64,000 nt of DNA from Minisyncoccota bacterium (GCA_021129515.1 JAJOLD010000001.1:61633-125632); one strand, 5' to 3'; positions 30,065 to 40,864 are shown, numbered from the stretch's first letter. A program made the numbers and translations. Notes: a model not told the origin generated them from the letters alone.

Positions 30065-30205
30065 TTAGTCAGATAAACTACACGCTTAGTTTATCTGACT
30101 AACTAATTCCGTGTCATCATTGCGAAGCATGGAGCAGAGCGGAATGCTGAAGCCTGACTGCATGCGACGCACCTGTTTGCGTAAGTATACGCACAGGCAA
30201 TCCAG
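30060..30205 (+). repeat. 21-bp-arm palindrome plus family-D element with nested insertion
   Basis: ATTAGTTAGTCAGATAAACTA-CACGCT-TAGTTTATCTGACTAACTAAT, then CATTGCG...GAAGC[insert]AATCCAG. Confidence 0.7.
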
Positions 30206-30252
30206 AAAGGGTAACCAACATAAAACTTTTTATGTTATAACGTCTATCACAT

Positions 30253-30993
30253 ATGAAGATAGGCTTTTTTGATTCAGGACTCGGGGGACTCACCATTATG
30301 GATGCGGTACGAGCGGCGATGCCGCAGTACGACTACTATTACTACGGAGACACCGCGCACGTGCCGTATGGCGATAAGACCGAAGCAGAAGTATACGAGC
30401 TCACAAAAGCTGGTGTGACACACCTCTTTGAACAAGGTGCGCTCATCGTGATTATTGCCTGCAACACCGCGTCTGCAGAAACACTCCGCAAACTGCAAGA
30501 CACTTTTTTAGTAGAAGCATATCCTGACCGGCGTATTCTCGGCATGATAATTCCCACCATAGAAACCCTCTTAGCTGCAGGCAGCACAAAACCCTTACTC
30601 ATAGGAACCAAGCGCACCGTTGATTCAGGCAAGTACCAAATTGAGCTTGATAAAGTTTCAGAAACACATATTGCGTTACAATCCCTCGCAACACCAACAC
30701 TCGTGCCGTATCTTGAAGCAAAAAGTAGCAACAAGGCGTGTGCGGAACTCACGCAACTGTTGCATGCCTACGCACACCCCTTTGATGCACTTATTTTAGG
30801 ATGCACGCACTACACGATACTTACTGACTGCGTACGTAACCAATATGGTGACCAATGTGTCGTACTCTCACAAGACGAAATCATTCCAACCAAACTCCAA
30901 GAATATCTCAGTCGACACCCAACACTTGAACATGCCTTGACTAAGGGTAGAAACACAACTTGTTACTATAGTGGAGCGTCACACACTATCTGA
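30253..30993 (+). CDS. murI: Glutamate racemase
   Basis: FDSGLGGL, PYG, IACNTAS, LGCTHY. Confidence 0.97.
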   Translation: MKIGFFDSGLGGLTIMDAVRAAMPQYDYYYYGDTAHVPYGDKTEAEVYELTKAGVTHLFEQGALIVIIACNTASAETLRKLQDTFLVEAYPDRRILGMIIPTIETLLAAGSTKPLLIGTKRTVDSGKYQIELDKVSETHIALQSLATPTLVPYLEAKSSNKACAELTQLLHAYAHPFDALILGCTHYTILTDCVRNQYGDQCVVLSQDEIIPTKLQEYLSRHPTLEHALTKGRNTTCYYSGASHTI

Positions 30994-31092
30994 GTTGCTG
31001 TGTGCAATAATTCTGGACAAATATTTTCTTAGTGGCATACTACATTTGGACATACAAGTAATATTTGTTTTTTCATAAAGGAGACAGGGCTA

Positions 31093-31224
31093 TGAGTAAC
31101 CATCAGAAAAAACCACCCACAACACCACCTACAAAAAGCAGACCCGCAGAGCCGGTTTCAACTTTTGCGTTGATTGCATTTAGCCTGTGTGTAATATACA
31201 TAGGCATCACTGGTTCTGAATAAA
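31093..31224 (+). CDS. Small single-TM orphan protein (43 aa)
   Basis: AAGGAG SD; MSNHQKKPPTTPP...FALIAFSLCVIYIGITGSE. Confidence 0.4.
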
Positions 31225-31350
31225 TCTGTCGCTGTCGTGGACATCTCTTGATGCCCACATCTTTACGCCATTGTATAGTGGTTGAAAATAATCGATAAAT
31301 ATTACTCCGTAGATTACTGCATAGGCAAATATAGTCGAGAGGTTCTTTAA

Positions 31351-31560
31351 ATGGCTGCAATCGTTTTACAGAGACCCTGTATGGGTACACACCCAAGAGA
31401 TACAGTTAACCACTTCTGCCAACACTGTCATAAAGCAGTATCTCCAAGTCATTGTGGATCGAAAAGCCTCACCATTAATGGTATCTTTGTATGGTTTTGT
31501 GATGATGTATGCGAAAATGCTCATCTAAAAAATAGAAAGATCACACCTGATCACAGATAA
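31351..31560 (+). CDS. Small Cys-rich protein (TRASH/FCS-like zinc finger)
   Basis: CQHC...WFCDDVC; GAGG upstream; followed by a terminator hairpin. Confidence 0.5.
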   Translation: MAAIVLQRPCMGTHPRDTVNHFCQHCHKAVSPSHCGSKSLTINGIFVWFCDDVCENAHLKNRKITPDHR

Positions 31561-31897
31561 GTCTAAGAACCGCCGAGAAAACTTCTCGGCTGGTTTTTAT
31601 TTTATCTGCTACGAAATATAGCGTTGCACACTAAATACCCGAGATAAAGAGGGAAGCAGTGATGGAAAAAATTAGCATGTATCTCAAATCACTTACAAAT
31701 GCAGCCGGAACGATAGATAGTGAAGTTGAGTGTGAGTAGTGTATGGCACGGGTCCAGCGTTGTAACACAAAACCTTTGCTGGCATAGTTTGCAAAAGGAA
31801 TTCCTGATAGTGCAATAAAAAGAGAAGTGGCTTTACGCCACGCTTTTATAATTATATAAGCGTCGTACAATATATCTTTTGCGACATATAGAATACT

Positions 31898-32384
31898 TTA
31901 AATACGTTCTAATATATATCCTGTACCATCCCACAATAAACGACTTGTTGTATCGTTGTTGATACGTAAGTCGCGCATGTTTTGTGTGTAGGTATCCAAT
32001 ACTTCAATTGTTTGTATCGTATAGAAAAAATTTTCTATTGCATCAAAACTTCCTGTTTCGCTTTGCAAAAAAATGCTACTCATACATCCTGCATTACCAC
32101 ATGAAATATCTGATTCCAGAACAGCAACTATGTCCTTACGATCATCATTATTGATATCAACATACTGGGTATTAAGATGAAAGTCCTTAAAATCGATTTT
32201 AGAGCCTTGTGGCACACCGATTCGGTCAATAAAGTGCTGAATGATTTTTGCCTCAGTTTGGGTACCGCTGATGCCAGACAAAATCAATGCAGCCGGCATG
32301 TCGTTTGTAAATTCTGTATATACGTTTTGTCCAAGCAAAAAAAATAATTCCCAACAATATGAGTGTCACCAAGAGTCGCTTCAT
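31898..32384 (-). pseudogene. Secreted protein (DxNxD Ca-loop and CGNAGC motif) frameshifted in a T8 tract
   Basis: ATG 32384 MKRLLVTLILLGII joins the track ORF 31898..32338 only if the A8 run at 32337-44 (+ strand) is A7. Confidence 0.7.
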
Positions 32385-32485
32385 ACTATCAGTGTAGCAT
32401 CAAAAGTACTGATTTTTGGTGTCCGGTAGGGGTTTTGCAACCTACCCCTCCCCTGAGCACAACCCCCTAAATAGGTCGCACAATT

Positions 32486-32508
32486 TATTAGGGTTCGTAT
32501 CCCTAATA
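32486..32508. repeat. REP family A, downstream flank of RAYT-1
   Basis: TATTAGGGTTCGTATCCCTAATA. Confidence 0.88.
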
Positions 32509-32513
32509 CAAAA

Positions 32514-33137
32514 TTATTCCAGTAAGCATGCGTCATTAAATCTGCGTTTTTTATATATTGACTGTGCGAGTCTGGCAGCTTCTCGCGCATTGTATGCACT
32601 AGTATGTTTTGTGACTGAGTCAGGCATGAGTACACTTCTCTTTTTACCTGTGTAATGTAACGAGCTTGTATACCAAATATGCTGTGGCACTGCTACGTCG
32701 TGAACAGTATGATTTTCGTTTATATACGCAAAAAGGTATTGATACTGTTCCTCACTTACAACATGCACTCGCTTAAATCGTCCTTGAAATAATGCGCCGC
32801 TTCTTTCATTTTTTTCATTGAAATACCCTGCATACCCCACGCTTACGCGTCTCATGAACTCAGTAATGCCATCCTCGATCACTTGTTTGATGAGCAAATG
32901 AAAACGGTTTCCTACCAAGGCATACGCATGAATATCGACCAATTGCTTATTAGAATCATGTCGGTGTATGTATGCCTGTTGAAAGTTAATGATTGGTTCT
33001 ACTGTATTAAAGAGCTGCAGTGAATAATAGAATCGCTTGTAATCAGCTTCATTGCAGAAAATGGTGCGTGTATCCACACCTCGACTATATATATGGTAGA
33101 TTTCATTGGTTATGAGCGGAACTTTTTTGTACGGCAT
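32514..33137 (-). mobile_element. REP-associated tyrosine transposase (RAYT, Y1 HUH family), copy 1
   Basis: YHIYSRG, AYALVGNRFHL (HUH with first His replaced by Arg), YFNEKNERSGALFQGRFK, YINENH; flanked by inverted REPs. Confidence 0.9.
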
Positions 33138-33177
33138 AGGCAATTATCACAAAAAGAATAATAATTGACCTGTGGTA

Positions 33178-33196
33178 TTAGGGATACGATCCCTAA
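33178..33196. repeat. REP family A, upstream flank of RAYT-1
   Basis: TTAGGGAT-ACG-ATCCCTAA. Confidence 0.88.
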
Positions 33197-33202
33197 GAAT
33201 TT

Positions 33203-34516
33203 TTAGCGTTGAGGTAGATAGAGCATCGGGTCGATATAGGCATCAGTAGGTGCTACTGGTGTAGTCGCAGCTCCACAACCAGTCACCGTTTTGATTTCGT
33301 TGAATTTCCGAATAGTAACAGCTTCTTGTACATATACCGTAAAGTGAAGGTGTGGACCGGTCGAGTATCCTGTATTTCCGATATAACCTAATATTTCCCC
33401 TGTTGCTAGTATGTCCCCAGGGTTCGATGAAATAACACTCAAGTGAGCATAGAGCGTTGAAAGACCATTTGCATGATCAACCAGCACCCATTTACCCCAA
33501 GAATAGCAACCAGGCACTGCATCAGTATTTCCAACTGCACGCACGGTTCCCGCAAGTGGTGCATAAATTGGTGTACCTCGAGGAGCACCAAAATCGACAC
33601 CTGGATGGTATGGGCGCCCGCCATATACGTGCGCATTCCGCTTAGCAAATTCTGTACCCCCAAATAGTTGTGTGATAATAGGGTTTGCTACTGGCCAGTT
33701 AAACACCACGGTACCTGGAACAGGAATAGTATTTGGATCAAGAATAAATTGGAGTTTGGACTCAAAGTCGCGCAACTCTTTCAAAAGCTGCTCCTGCGCA
33801 GCTTTCCTGTCTGCTAAAAGCCGCTGATACTCCACCTCTTCGTTCTTGGTTTGTTTCAAAAGATCATCTTTCTCAGATTGGTTATTGACCAATACTTCGT
33901 TTTGGTCTGAATATTGTGCCTTAAGTGATACAAGCTCTTCTCGTTTATAGGTACTGCTCACTTTTTTTTCTTCAAGCAGCACTTTCTGTGAAACAAGACT
34001 TTTGACCCGGTCGCTCATAACACTTCGTACTTGTTCCAGCTCTTGCACAGTGTTCCAAAATGCAGAGAGATTCTCATGGTTCAATAGCGACTCAACAAGT
34101 GGCACCTCATCAGATTCATGAATGCGGCGCAGAATTTCGCTAATTGCTTGCTCATTAACCGTTATGGTGTCACTTGTGTCCCTAATCTCGATACTGAGGC
34201 GGTTGATTTCAAGATCGGTAGCACCGATTTTGTTTTGAGTGTAGCTGATGTCAGCATTCACTTTTTTTCGCTCAAGCTCGAGTTGATTAATAGCGCTTTG
34301 GAGCGTGCTTTTTTCTGCACCTACCTTTTGAATTTGTTGTTGATATTCTGCTATCTCTTGTTCAATTTCTTTTAGTCGTCCCTGTCGGTCATCGATTTGG
34401 TTTTGAAGTTTTTCAACCTCTGTTTGTGCAAAGGCATCATAGGTTGTATACGCAAAAAACGGCGTACAAACGACACTTATGCAAAGTATGTATAGAGCAA
34501 ATCTACGTTGTATCAT
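33203..34516 (-). CDS. M23 family peptidase with long coiled coil (EnvC/MepM-like)
   Basis: Signal peptide, coiled coil, HPGVD, YAHL, TGPHLHF. Confidence 0.93.
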   Translation of the reverse strand: MIQRRFALYILCISVVCTPFFAYTTYDAFAQTEVEKLQNQIDDRQGRLKEIEQEIAEYQQQIQKVGAEKSTLQSAINQLELERKKVNADISYTQNKIGATDLEINRLSIEIRDTSDTITVNEQAISEILRRIHESDEVPLVESLLNHENLSAFWNTVQELEQVRSVMSDRVKSLVSQKVLLEEKKVSSTYKREELVSLKAQYSDQNEVLVNNQSEKDDLLKQTKNEEVEYQRLLADRKAAQEQLLKELRDFESKLQFILDPNTIPVPGTVVFNWPVANPIITQLFGGTEFAKRNAHVYGGRPYHPGVDFGAPRGTPIYAPLAGTVRAVGNTDAVPGCYSWGKWVLVDHANGLSTLYAHLSVISSNPGDILATGEILGYIGNTGYSTGPHLHFTVYVQEAVTIRKFNEIKTVTGCGAATTPVAPTDAYIDPMLYLPQR

Positions 34517-35871
34517 GCACTTAAAATTGTATCACATGCAGACTGTACGCGTTTGTATGACTCTGCTGAACCAAGAATATGAATGAGTGTAAATGGATCT
34601 GGAGACCGTTCGCGTCCTGAGAGCGCAACCCGGAGTGGCCAGAGCACCTCTCCCTTCCCTATCTCTTCAGCATAGTTCCAGAGGGCGTTTTTTGCATCGT
34701 CAGCTGTACATGCATCTGGAATAGTTGAGAGAATCTCAGCCACTTTTTGGAGTCGCGGCAATGGATCACGAACATGTTCGTCTTTCTTCCACATAAGCAT
34801 TTCAGCGGGTGGTTTCGGTGCAGCAAACGCAAAGTCATACTCGCCTTTTTCTGCTTCTTGCGCGATGTCATATGCAACACTGACGCGCTCACGAATAATC
34901 GGCGCAAGTTTTTCAAGACGCGCACCCGTATACTGCGGAAGTGCTTTTTGTGTATCAGGCATACGATCGGTAACCATAATACGAAATTCGTCGTCGCTGA
35001 GGCGACTCATGTGTTCACGATTCATCCAGCGTAGTTTCTCGATATCGAAAATAGCACCTCCCTTCTGCACACCAGCAATATCGAATTCTGACACAAGCTC
35101 ATCAAGCGTGAAGACTTCTTGATCGGTGCCTGGATTCCAACCGAGCAGTGCAAGATAGTTTGTAATCGCACCAGGCATATAGCCTTTTTCAGCATATTGG
35201 GTAAGTGAAACTGGTCCATGTCGCTTGGAAAGCTTTGAACGATCAGGCGCCAAGAGTAGTGGTAGGTGTGCATAGGTTGGGCGTTCAAATCCAAGTGCTT
35301 CTTGGATAAGTATTTGCCGTGGCGTGTTGGGGATATGATCTTCACCTCTAATGATATGTGTAACTCCCATTTCATGATCATCAACGACATTGACAAAATG
35401 AAAGAGTGGGTCGTCGATAGCGCGTGCAATAACAAAATCCCCCAAGTCTGTGGTGTCCATGGTTACTTCACCACGTATTTCATCTTCAAAAGTGATAGTT
35501 TTGTTTGGGTTCTTCAATCGTACCACCTCAATTTCTGTACCTGGCTCACGAGTACTATCCTCTTTTGAGCGGTATGCAGCACCGTCAGCAATTGCCTGTT
35601 CTAGATACGGACGATATACCTCGCTGCGCTCTGACTGACGATAGTAGGCATCCCACGACATACCAAGCCATGTGAGTCCTGCTATAATTTCTTCTTCAAA
35701 TGCAGCGGTACTTCGTTCCTTATCGGTATCCTCACAGCGCACAATAAAATCACCACCCTTGTTCTTTGCGTAGAGATAGTTATAGAGTGCGGTTCGTGCA
35801 GTACCGACATGCAAATGCCCGGTGGGGCTTGGCGCCATACGGGTCACTACTTTTTTTCCGTGCGTAAACAT
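34513..35871 (-). CDS. gltX: Glutamate--tRNA ligase
   Basis: RMAPSPTGHLHVG, IRGEDH, KLSKR. Confidence 0.97.
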   Translation of the reverse strand: MFTHGKKVVTRMAPSPTGHLHVGTARTALYNYLYAKNKGGDFIVRCEDTDKERSTAAFEEEIIAGLTWLGMSWDAYYRQSERSEVYRPYLEQAIADGAAYRSKEDSTREPGTEIEVVRLKNPNKTITFEDEIRGEVTMDTTDLGDFVIARAIDDPLFHFVNVVDDHEMGVTHIIRGEDHIPNTPRQILIQEALGFERPTYAHLPLLLAPDRSKLSKRHGPVSLTQYAEKGYMPGAITNYLALLGWNPGTDQEVFTLDELVSEFDIAGVQKGGAIFDIEKLRWMNREHMSRLSDDEFRIMVTDRMPDTQKALPQYTGARLEKLAPIIRERVSVAYDIAQEAEKGEYDFAFAAPKPPAEMLMWKKDEHVRDPLPRLQKVAEILSTIPDACTADDAKNALWNYAEEIGKGEVLWPLRVALSGRERSPDPFTLIHILGSAESYKRVQSACDTILSA

Positions 35872-35876
35872 AAGTA

Positions 35877-37004
35877 TTAGGTATGCTCCAGACCAATTTC
35901 AAGCAGCGTTGAAGCGAGCATGTGTGCAGCCTGTCTTGGTGCAAATGCTATTGCCGCTTCAGACATTGATCGATAGGTCATAGGGTCGCTCATAATACGT
36001 GTTATCTCACCAGTAAGCAAGCCATCAGTAAGGTTTTGTTCTTCCATCACCACAGCAGCGCCAGTACGTGCATATGCGTAGGCATTGGTACGCTGATCAT
36101 GACTGACATCCTCAGGAATCGGAATGAGAATAGCAGGTTTTCCTTTGACCGCAATTTCGTGAATACCAGTGCTTCCTGCTCGAGAAACAATAATGGTAGC
36201 ACTATGCATTGCCATGTTGAGTGTTTCGGCAGACATAAACGCAACAGGATGATAGTGTCGGAGTAACTCAGTATCCGTAATGAGTGTTTTTGCAGTTTCG
36301 GTAATCACATCAAATGAAGCCTTGCCTGTTTGATGAATAATGGTGTACTCTGGCAACAACTCATCAAGCGTTTCCAGTATGAGCTTATTGACTCGTTCGG
36401 CACCTTGTGAACCTCCCAAGACTACTATGACAGGGCGCGAAGCATCGATTCCCAACCGTTCATGTAGATTATCAACTGGTGCAGCAAGCATCTTTTTTCG
36501 CATTGGAATGCCGGTAAAGGCAGTCTTGCTCTCAGGAAAATATGTTATAGCATCATTGTATGAAATAGCGATATAGCGTGCAAAAAGTCCTCCTATACGA
36601 TTTGCAGACCCAGCTACCGCGTCAGACTCGTGCACAACGATTGGAATACGCAAGAGTCCTGCTGCAATGGTGACCGGTACACTCGTGTAGCTCCCTTTGC
36701 TCATCACGACATCAGGATAGAGTATAAACAACTTCCACAGCGCAACTAAAATGCCAAAACTTGTTTTAAAAAAATCGAGTATATTAAGTGGCGAGAAATA
36801 TCGTCGACGCTTTCCTGCCGGACATGCAATAAAACGAATACTGCGCGCCGTAAGCGCTGCTTCATCATACGTATCTGGCCCCATGTAGTATAACTCTGGA
36901 GTATCAATTTTTTTTTCCTTGGCAACATCATACACAGCATCAGCAATTGCCATTAATGGATAGAAATGTCCTCCCGTACCTCCTGCGACAAACACAATTC
37001 TCAT
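35877..37004 (-). CDS. murG: Lipid II GlcNAc transferase MurG
   Basis: GGTGGHFYP, HESD, LGGSQGA, SRAG, DQRTNA. Confidence 0.96.
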   Translation of the reverse strand: MRIVFVAGGTGGHFYPLMAIADAVYDVAKEKKIDTPELYYMGPDTYDEAALTARSIRFIACPAGKRRRYFSPLNILDFFKTSFGILVALWKLFILYPDVVMSKGSYTSVPVTIAAGLLRIPIVVHESDAVAGSANRIGGLFARYIAISYNDAITYFPESKTAFTGIPMRKKMLAAPVDNLHERLGIDASRPVIVVLGGSQGAERVNKLILETLDELLPEYTIIHQTGKASFDVITETAKTLITDTELLRHYHPVAFMSAETLNMAMHSATIIVSRAGSTGIHEIAVKGKPAILIPIPEDVSHDQRTNAYAYARTGAAVVMEEQNLTDGLLTGEITRIMSDPMTYRSMSEAAIAFAPRQAAHMLASTLLEIGLEHT

Positions 37005-37016
37005 ATGTTCTTTATT

Positions 37017-38120
37017 TTAGCATGCTGTACGCCGTTGGTAGCGTGACACACTGAGAATAATACCCACCGCAGTAAGCGTCGCCAACAACGCAGTTCCACC
37101 ATGACTAATAAACGGCAACGGCAATCCCGACAACGGTGCCAGCGCAAGCATGGCAGCAATATTGAGAAAGGCTTGTACCAATATTAGTGTTATGAAGCCA
37201 ACAACAAGCAACATACCAAAGAGATCTTTTGCATGCGAAGCAATACGGTAGCCTCTAAAACCAAGTACCGTAAAGAGCATAATGAGCACCACACTTCCTA
37301 TAAATCCAAACTCTTCCGCATACACGGCAAACACGGAGTCTCCGATAGGCTCTGGAAGATACTCAAATTTTTGAATACTTTGTCCAAAACCACGTCCCAC
37401 CGCACCACCTGAACCAACGGCAATGAGTGATTGATGTATCTGATAACTCGACCCCTGCGGATCAATGGTGGGATCAAAAAAGGTAGTAATTCTGTCCATG
37501 ATGTATGGTCTGGAAAATGCCAATGCAGCAATAAGCACGACACCGGCAAGCACCATTAAACACACATCACGCAGTCGCCCTCCTGCGGTAATAAACATTG
37601 CCACACCTGCGGCACACATAATTGCGTACGTATCTGTATCGGGCTGCAAGAGCATCACCACCCCTACTAACGCAGTAATACCAACAAACGGCAAGGTACC
37701 CCGCACAAACTTCTTCACGTGTGTGTGCATACCAGAGAGCCAGGTTGCCATATAAATCACAAAGGCTATTTTAAGGAATTCTGCCGGTTGAAATGAAAAA
37801 CCACCGAGCAAAATCCACCGCTTGGCACCACCATGACTCATGCCGAGCCCCGGAATAAACACCAAAAGTGTTAGCAGGAGTGCCCCAACAAATATATAAA
37901 AGGCATATTTTCTCCAAAAACGGTAATGCATGGAACTGGTAATAAAAAGCGCAATAGACCCACCGACAATACCGAACAGTCCGTGATTCAACGCAACCGA
38001 AGAAAACCGTGCACCCGAACGCGAGAGCAGCCCGAGTGACGCAGATGAAAATATAAAGAATCCCATGACCACGAGTATGATTACAATCGTGAGGAGTGTT
38101 CTATCAATTTTTTTAGGCAT
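37017..38120 (-). CDS. ftsW: SEDS peptidoglycan polymerase FtsW
   Basis: GAKRWI, FQPAEFLK, LQPD, YLPE...D, EEFGFIG, LPFISHGG; lies between mraY and murG. Confidence 0.93.
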   Translation of the reverse strand: MPKKIDRTLLTIVIILVVMGFFIFSSASLGLLSRSGARFSSVALNHGLFGIVGGSIALFITSSMHYRFWRKYAFYIFVGALLLTLLVFIPGLGMSHGGAKRWILLGGFSFQPAEFLKIAFVIYMATWLSGMHTHVKKFVRGTLPFVGITALVGVVMLLQPDTDTYAIMCAAGVAMFITAGGRLRDVCLMVLAGVVLIAALAFSRPYIMDRITTFFDPTIDPQGSSYQIHQSLIAVGSGGAVGRGFGQSIQKFEYLPEPIGDSVFAVYAEEFGFIGSVVLIMLFTVLGFRGYRIASHAKDLFGMLLVVGFITLILVQAFLNIAAMLALAPLSGLPLPFISHGGTALLATLTAVGIILSVSRYQRRTAC

Positions 38121-38121
38121 A

Positions 38122-39195
38122 TCAAAAAACAACTGACAAAATAACACCAATGAGTGCAAACACAAATCCAAGAATCCAGTAGCGCATCGTTACCTTTTCT
38201 GCAGGCCAACCGATTGCCTCAAAATGATGATGTATGGGTGCAATATGAAATATTTTTTTGCCCCGTACTTTTTTAGAGAGTACCTGGAGCACATCTGAAG
38301 CAACGGTAAGCACGAGCAAAATACCAATGACCGGAAGAAGTGAGACCCCCTCTCCACCAGCAATGCTGTCGGTCATAAAGGCAACGATGGTGAGAGTCAT
38401 CGTGAGCGCCATGATACCTGTTTCAGTCATGTAGAAACGTGCAGGCGGCACGTTGAACCATAAAAATGCAAGGATGCCGCCCACAATAGTGGCACAGTAT
38501 GCAGCGAGGTCTACCTGATTCTGCAGCAACGCAATACCTGCATACGCAGAGAAAATAAACATAAACGTGCCACCTGAAAGCCCATCGAGCCCATCAATGA
38601 CACTACTTGCATAGATACCCACTGCCACGAGCACAAAAAACGGTATGAAATATATACCGAGATCAAGTGGTCCATGTCCAATAAGCGTGACAGTTGACAC
38701 CTCTAGTTTTTCATAAAACCACCATGCTGAAAAACTCGCAGTGGCAGCAACAACCATAAGACGATGTGAAAGCGGAATACCACCCGCAAAGTGAGTACCA
38801 CTGCCCCGCACCACAACCAAATCATCCACAAAGCCGACCACAGCACCGATCAGCAATGCAAAGAGTGGCAGCCACGTCTGTGAACGACTCAGAAAATCAA
38901 GTGAAGCAAGAAATGAGTTGGGGAAGATAAATTGTAGAATCCAAATCACAAAAATGGTCAGCAGTACACTCATCCAAATCACGATACCGCCCATTCGTGG
39001 TGTATTTGTATCTTTTTCTTTGTGCAGCGCATCAAAGAGCGGTGTATTTCCTCCCCCATAGCCAGTCCCCTTACCCGCTTTCTTCTTCCACATTTTATGT
39101 TTGTAGAGGTAGTGCGTGACGAGCGGTGTGATAAGCATCCCAATACCAAAGGCCACAGCCGTTGGTGCAAATACTTTGATAATGACACTTTCCAT
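38122..39195 (-). CDS. mraY: Phospho-N-acetylmuramoyl-pentapeptide transferase
   Basis: TPRMGG, GFVDD, DGLDGL, FLWFNVPPA, APIHHHFE. Confidence 0.96.
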   Translation of the reverse strand: MESVIIKVFAPTAVAFGIGMLITPLVTHYLYKHKMWKKKAGKGTGYGGGNTPLFDALHKEKDTNTPRMGGIVIWMSVLLTIFVIWILQFIFPNSFLASLDFLSRSQTWLPLFALLIGAVVGFVDDLVVVRGSGTHFAGGIPLSHRLMVVAATASFSAWWFYEKLEVSTVTLIGHGPLDLGIYFIPFFVLVAVGIYASSVIDGLDGLSGGTFMFIFSAYAGIALLQNQVDLAAYCATIVGGILAFLWFNVPPARFYMTETGIMALTMTLTIVAFMTDSIAGGEGVSLLPVIGILLVLTVASDVLQVLSKKVRGKKIFHIAPIHHHFEAIGWPAEKVTMRYWILGFVFALIGVILSVVF

Positions 39196-39202
39196 ACAAT
39201 AC

Positions 39203-40300
39203 TTATTGCACGAGCTGTGCACGAGCTGCACGGGTTAATGCTAATACATCACGAAACCTTCCCTCACGTGAAGAACCAAGGACCGAAACAATAATCGGTC
39301 GATTAAGCCCTGCATCAAATGCCACTACCAGATTCCCACCAGCAAGGGTTGTATAGCCTGTTTTGGAGGCAATTAATCCAGGGATTGCTTCTGTATACGC
39401 ATTGGTGTTTTGTGCCGCATGTGCAGCCCCACTATCATTTGCAATATGCGTAAAATCCTCACGCGTGCTCTCAAGCAATGACGGATAGGTAGTAATAATA
39501 TGCTCCATCAAAAAGGTGACATCACGGGCCGACCCGTACGCACCACTCTGTGTCTCCGACACATCAAGTCCTGTAGTGTTATAGAACCGTGTTTGTGAGA
39601 GTCCAATATCCTCGGCACGGATATTCATCGCGCGCACAAATGTCTGCTCAGCATTGCGATCAGGAAAGAGCGACGCACCCGCAGCCGCTGCCAAGGCATA
39701 CGCACCATCATTTGATGAAGTAATCAACGTGAGATCGGTCAAATTTTGCATACTAAATGTCTCCCCACCAAGCAGACCGCTATCACCATCCTGATGCAGT
39801 GCTTCAGTCGTGATTTCCACAGCGTCAGTGCCTTCTAGCAATTCATATGCAACCATCGCCGTCATCAGCTTTGTAATGGACGCAAGCGGGAGTTTTGTGT
39901 CAGCGTCCTTGTTGTAGAGTACCCGCTGTTCGCGCACATCCCATACATATGCTGATTGTGCTTCAAGATACACTTCAGCAAACATATCAGTCTCCACTGA
40001 CTCCTCAGGAACGACTACATGGTCAACACGAGCGGCAGGCACTGCTGCAGGTGCATGGTGCTGTTCTGCAGGCATGTTTTTTTCTTTTTGTGCAAGGACG
40101 GATAGTACATCATCAATATACGAAGTGCCAAAAATAAGCAAGAGTATACCGAGCGTAATACCCAACTGCTGCACAACAGGGATCCGTGTTTCTGTATCGT
40201 GCAGCACAGCATTCACATCAAAATCCTCAGCAGCATCTGGTGCATCTGCTTTAGCGATAGTTGTATCTACCTCAATGTCCGGAAGTGGTTCTGTACTCAT
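39203..40300 (-). CDS. D-alanyl-D-alanine carboxypeptidase (peptidase S11)
   Basis: PLASITKLMT (SxxK), SSND, KTGYT; N-terminal TM. Confidence 0.92.
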   Translation of the reverse strand: MSTEPLPDIEVDTTIAKADAPDAAEDFDVNAVLHDTETRIPVVQQLGITLGILLLIFGTSYIDDVLSVLAQKEKNMPAEQHHAPAAVPAARVDHVVVPEESVETDMFAEVYLEAQSAYVWDVREQRVLYNKDADTKLPLASITKLMTAMVAYELLEGTDAVEITTEALHQDGDSGLLGGETFSMQNLTDLTLITSSNDGAYALAAAAGASLFPDRNAEQTFVRAMNIRAEDIGLSQTRFYNTTGLDVSETQSGAYGSARDVTFLMEHIITTYPSLLESTREDFTHIANDSGAAHAAQNTNAYTEAIPGLIASKTGYTTLAGGNLVVAFDAGLNRPIIVSVLGSSREGRFRDVLALTRAARAQLVQ

Positions 40301-40306
40301 ACGTTT

Positions 40307-40864
40307 CTATTGTGGTGCCTTTTCTGCGTCTTCAGATTCTTTCTGACTCGCTTCAAATGCATCCAATGCATTCAGAATGTCCTCATATTGCGGAAGTTCT
40401 TCTTTTTTTGCAATACCCAAATGACCAAGCAGTGTTGGCGTCACAGTGTATTGAAAAGTCAGCTTTCCTTTTACGTTGACCCGCTCAATGAGTCCTCGAA
40501 TCAAAAGATTTCGTAAGATAAAACTTGAGTTCACACCCCGAATTTTATCAATCTCTGCTCGTGCAACAGGTCCGCGATACAGGATAATAGCAAGCGTTTC
40601 AGCGCCCGCTTTACCAATCGTCTTAGACAATTCGTCTTTGCGCAACCCCTCAATAAGGTCACTCAATTCTGGTGCGGTCGTGAGCTGCACTTCGGTATCG
40701 GTACGCACAAGGCGTGTTGCCCCCGCCTGCAAGCGTGTTTCAAGTGCCGTGAGTGCTTCACGAACGGTCTCTTCTTGCTCCTCAAAAAAAGCCGCAAGCG
40801 TCTTTATTTTCATAGGTTCTGTTTTATAAAACAAAACACCCTCAATTTGTTGCTCAAGGCTCAT
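40307..40864 (-). CDS. scpB: SMC-Scp complex subunit ScpB
   Basis: ETLAIILYRGPVARAEIDKIRGVNS, LLIRGLI. Confidence 0.95.
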   Translation of the reverse strand: MSLEQQIEGVLFYKTEPMKIKTLAAFFEEQEETVREALTALETRLQAGATRLVRTDTEVQLTTAPELSDLIEGLRKDELSKTIGKAGAETLAIILYRGPVARAEIDKIRGVNSSFILRNLLIRGLIERVNVKGKLTFQYTVTPTLLGHLGIAKKEELPQYEDILNALDAFEASQKESEDAEKAPQ

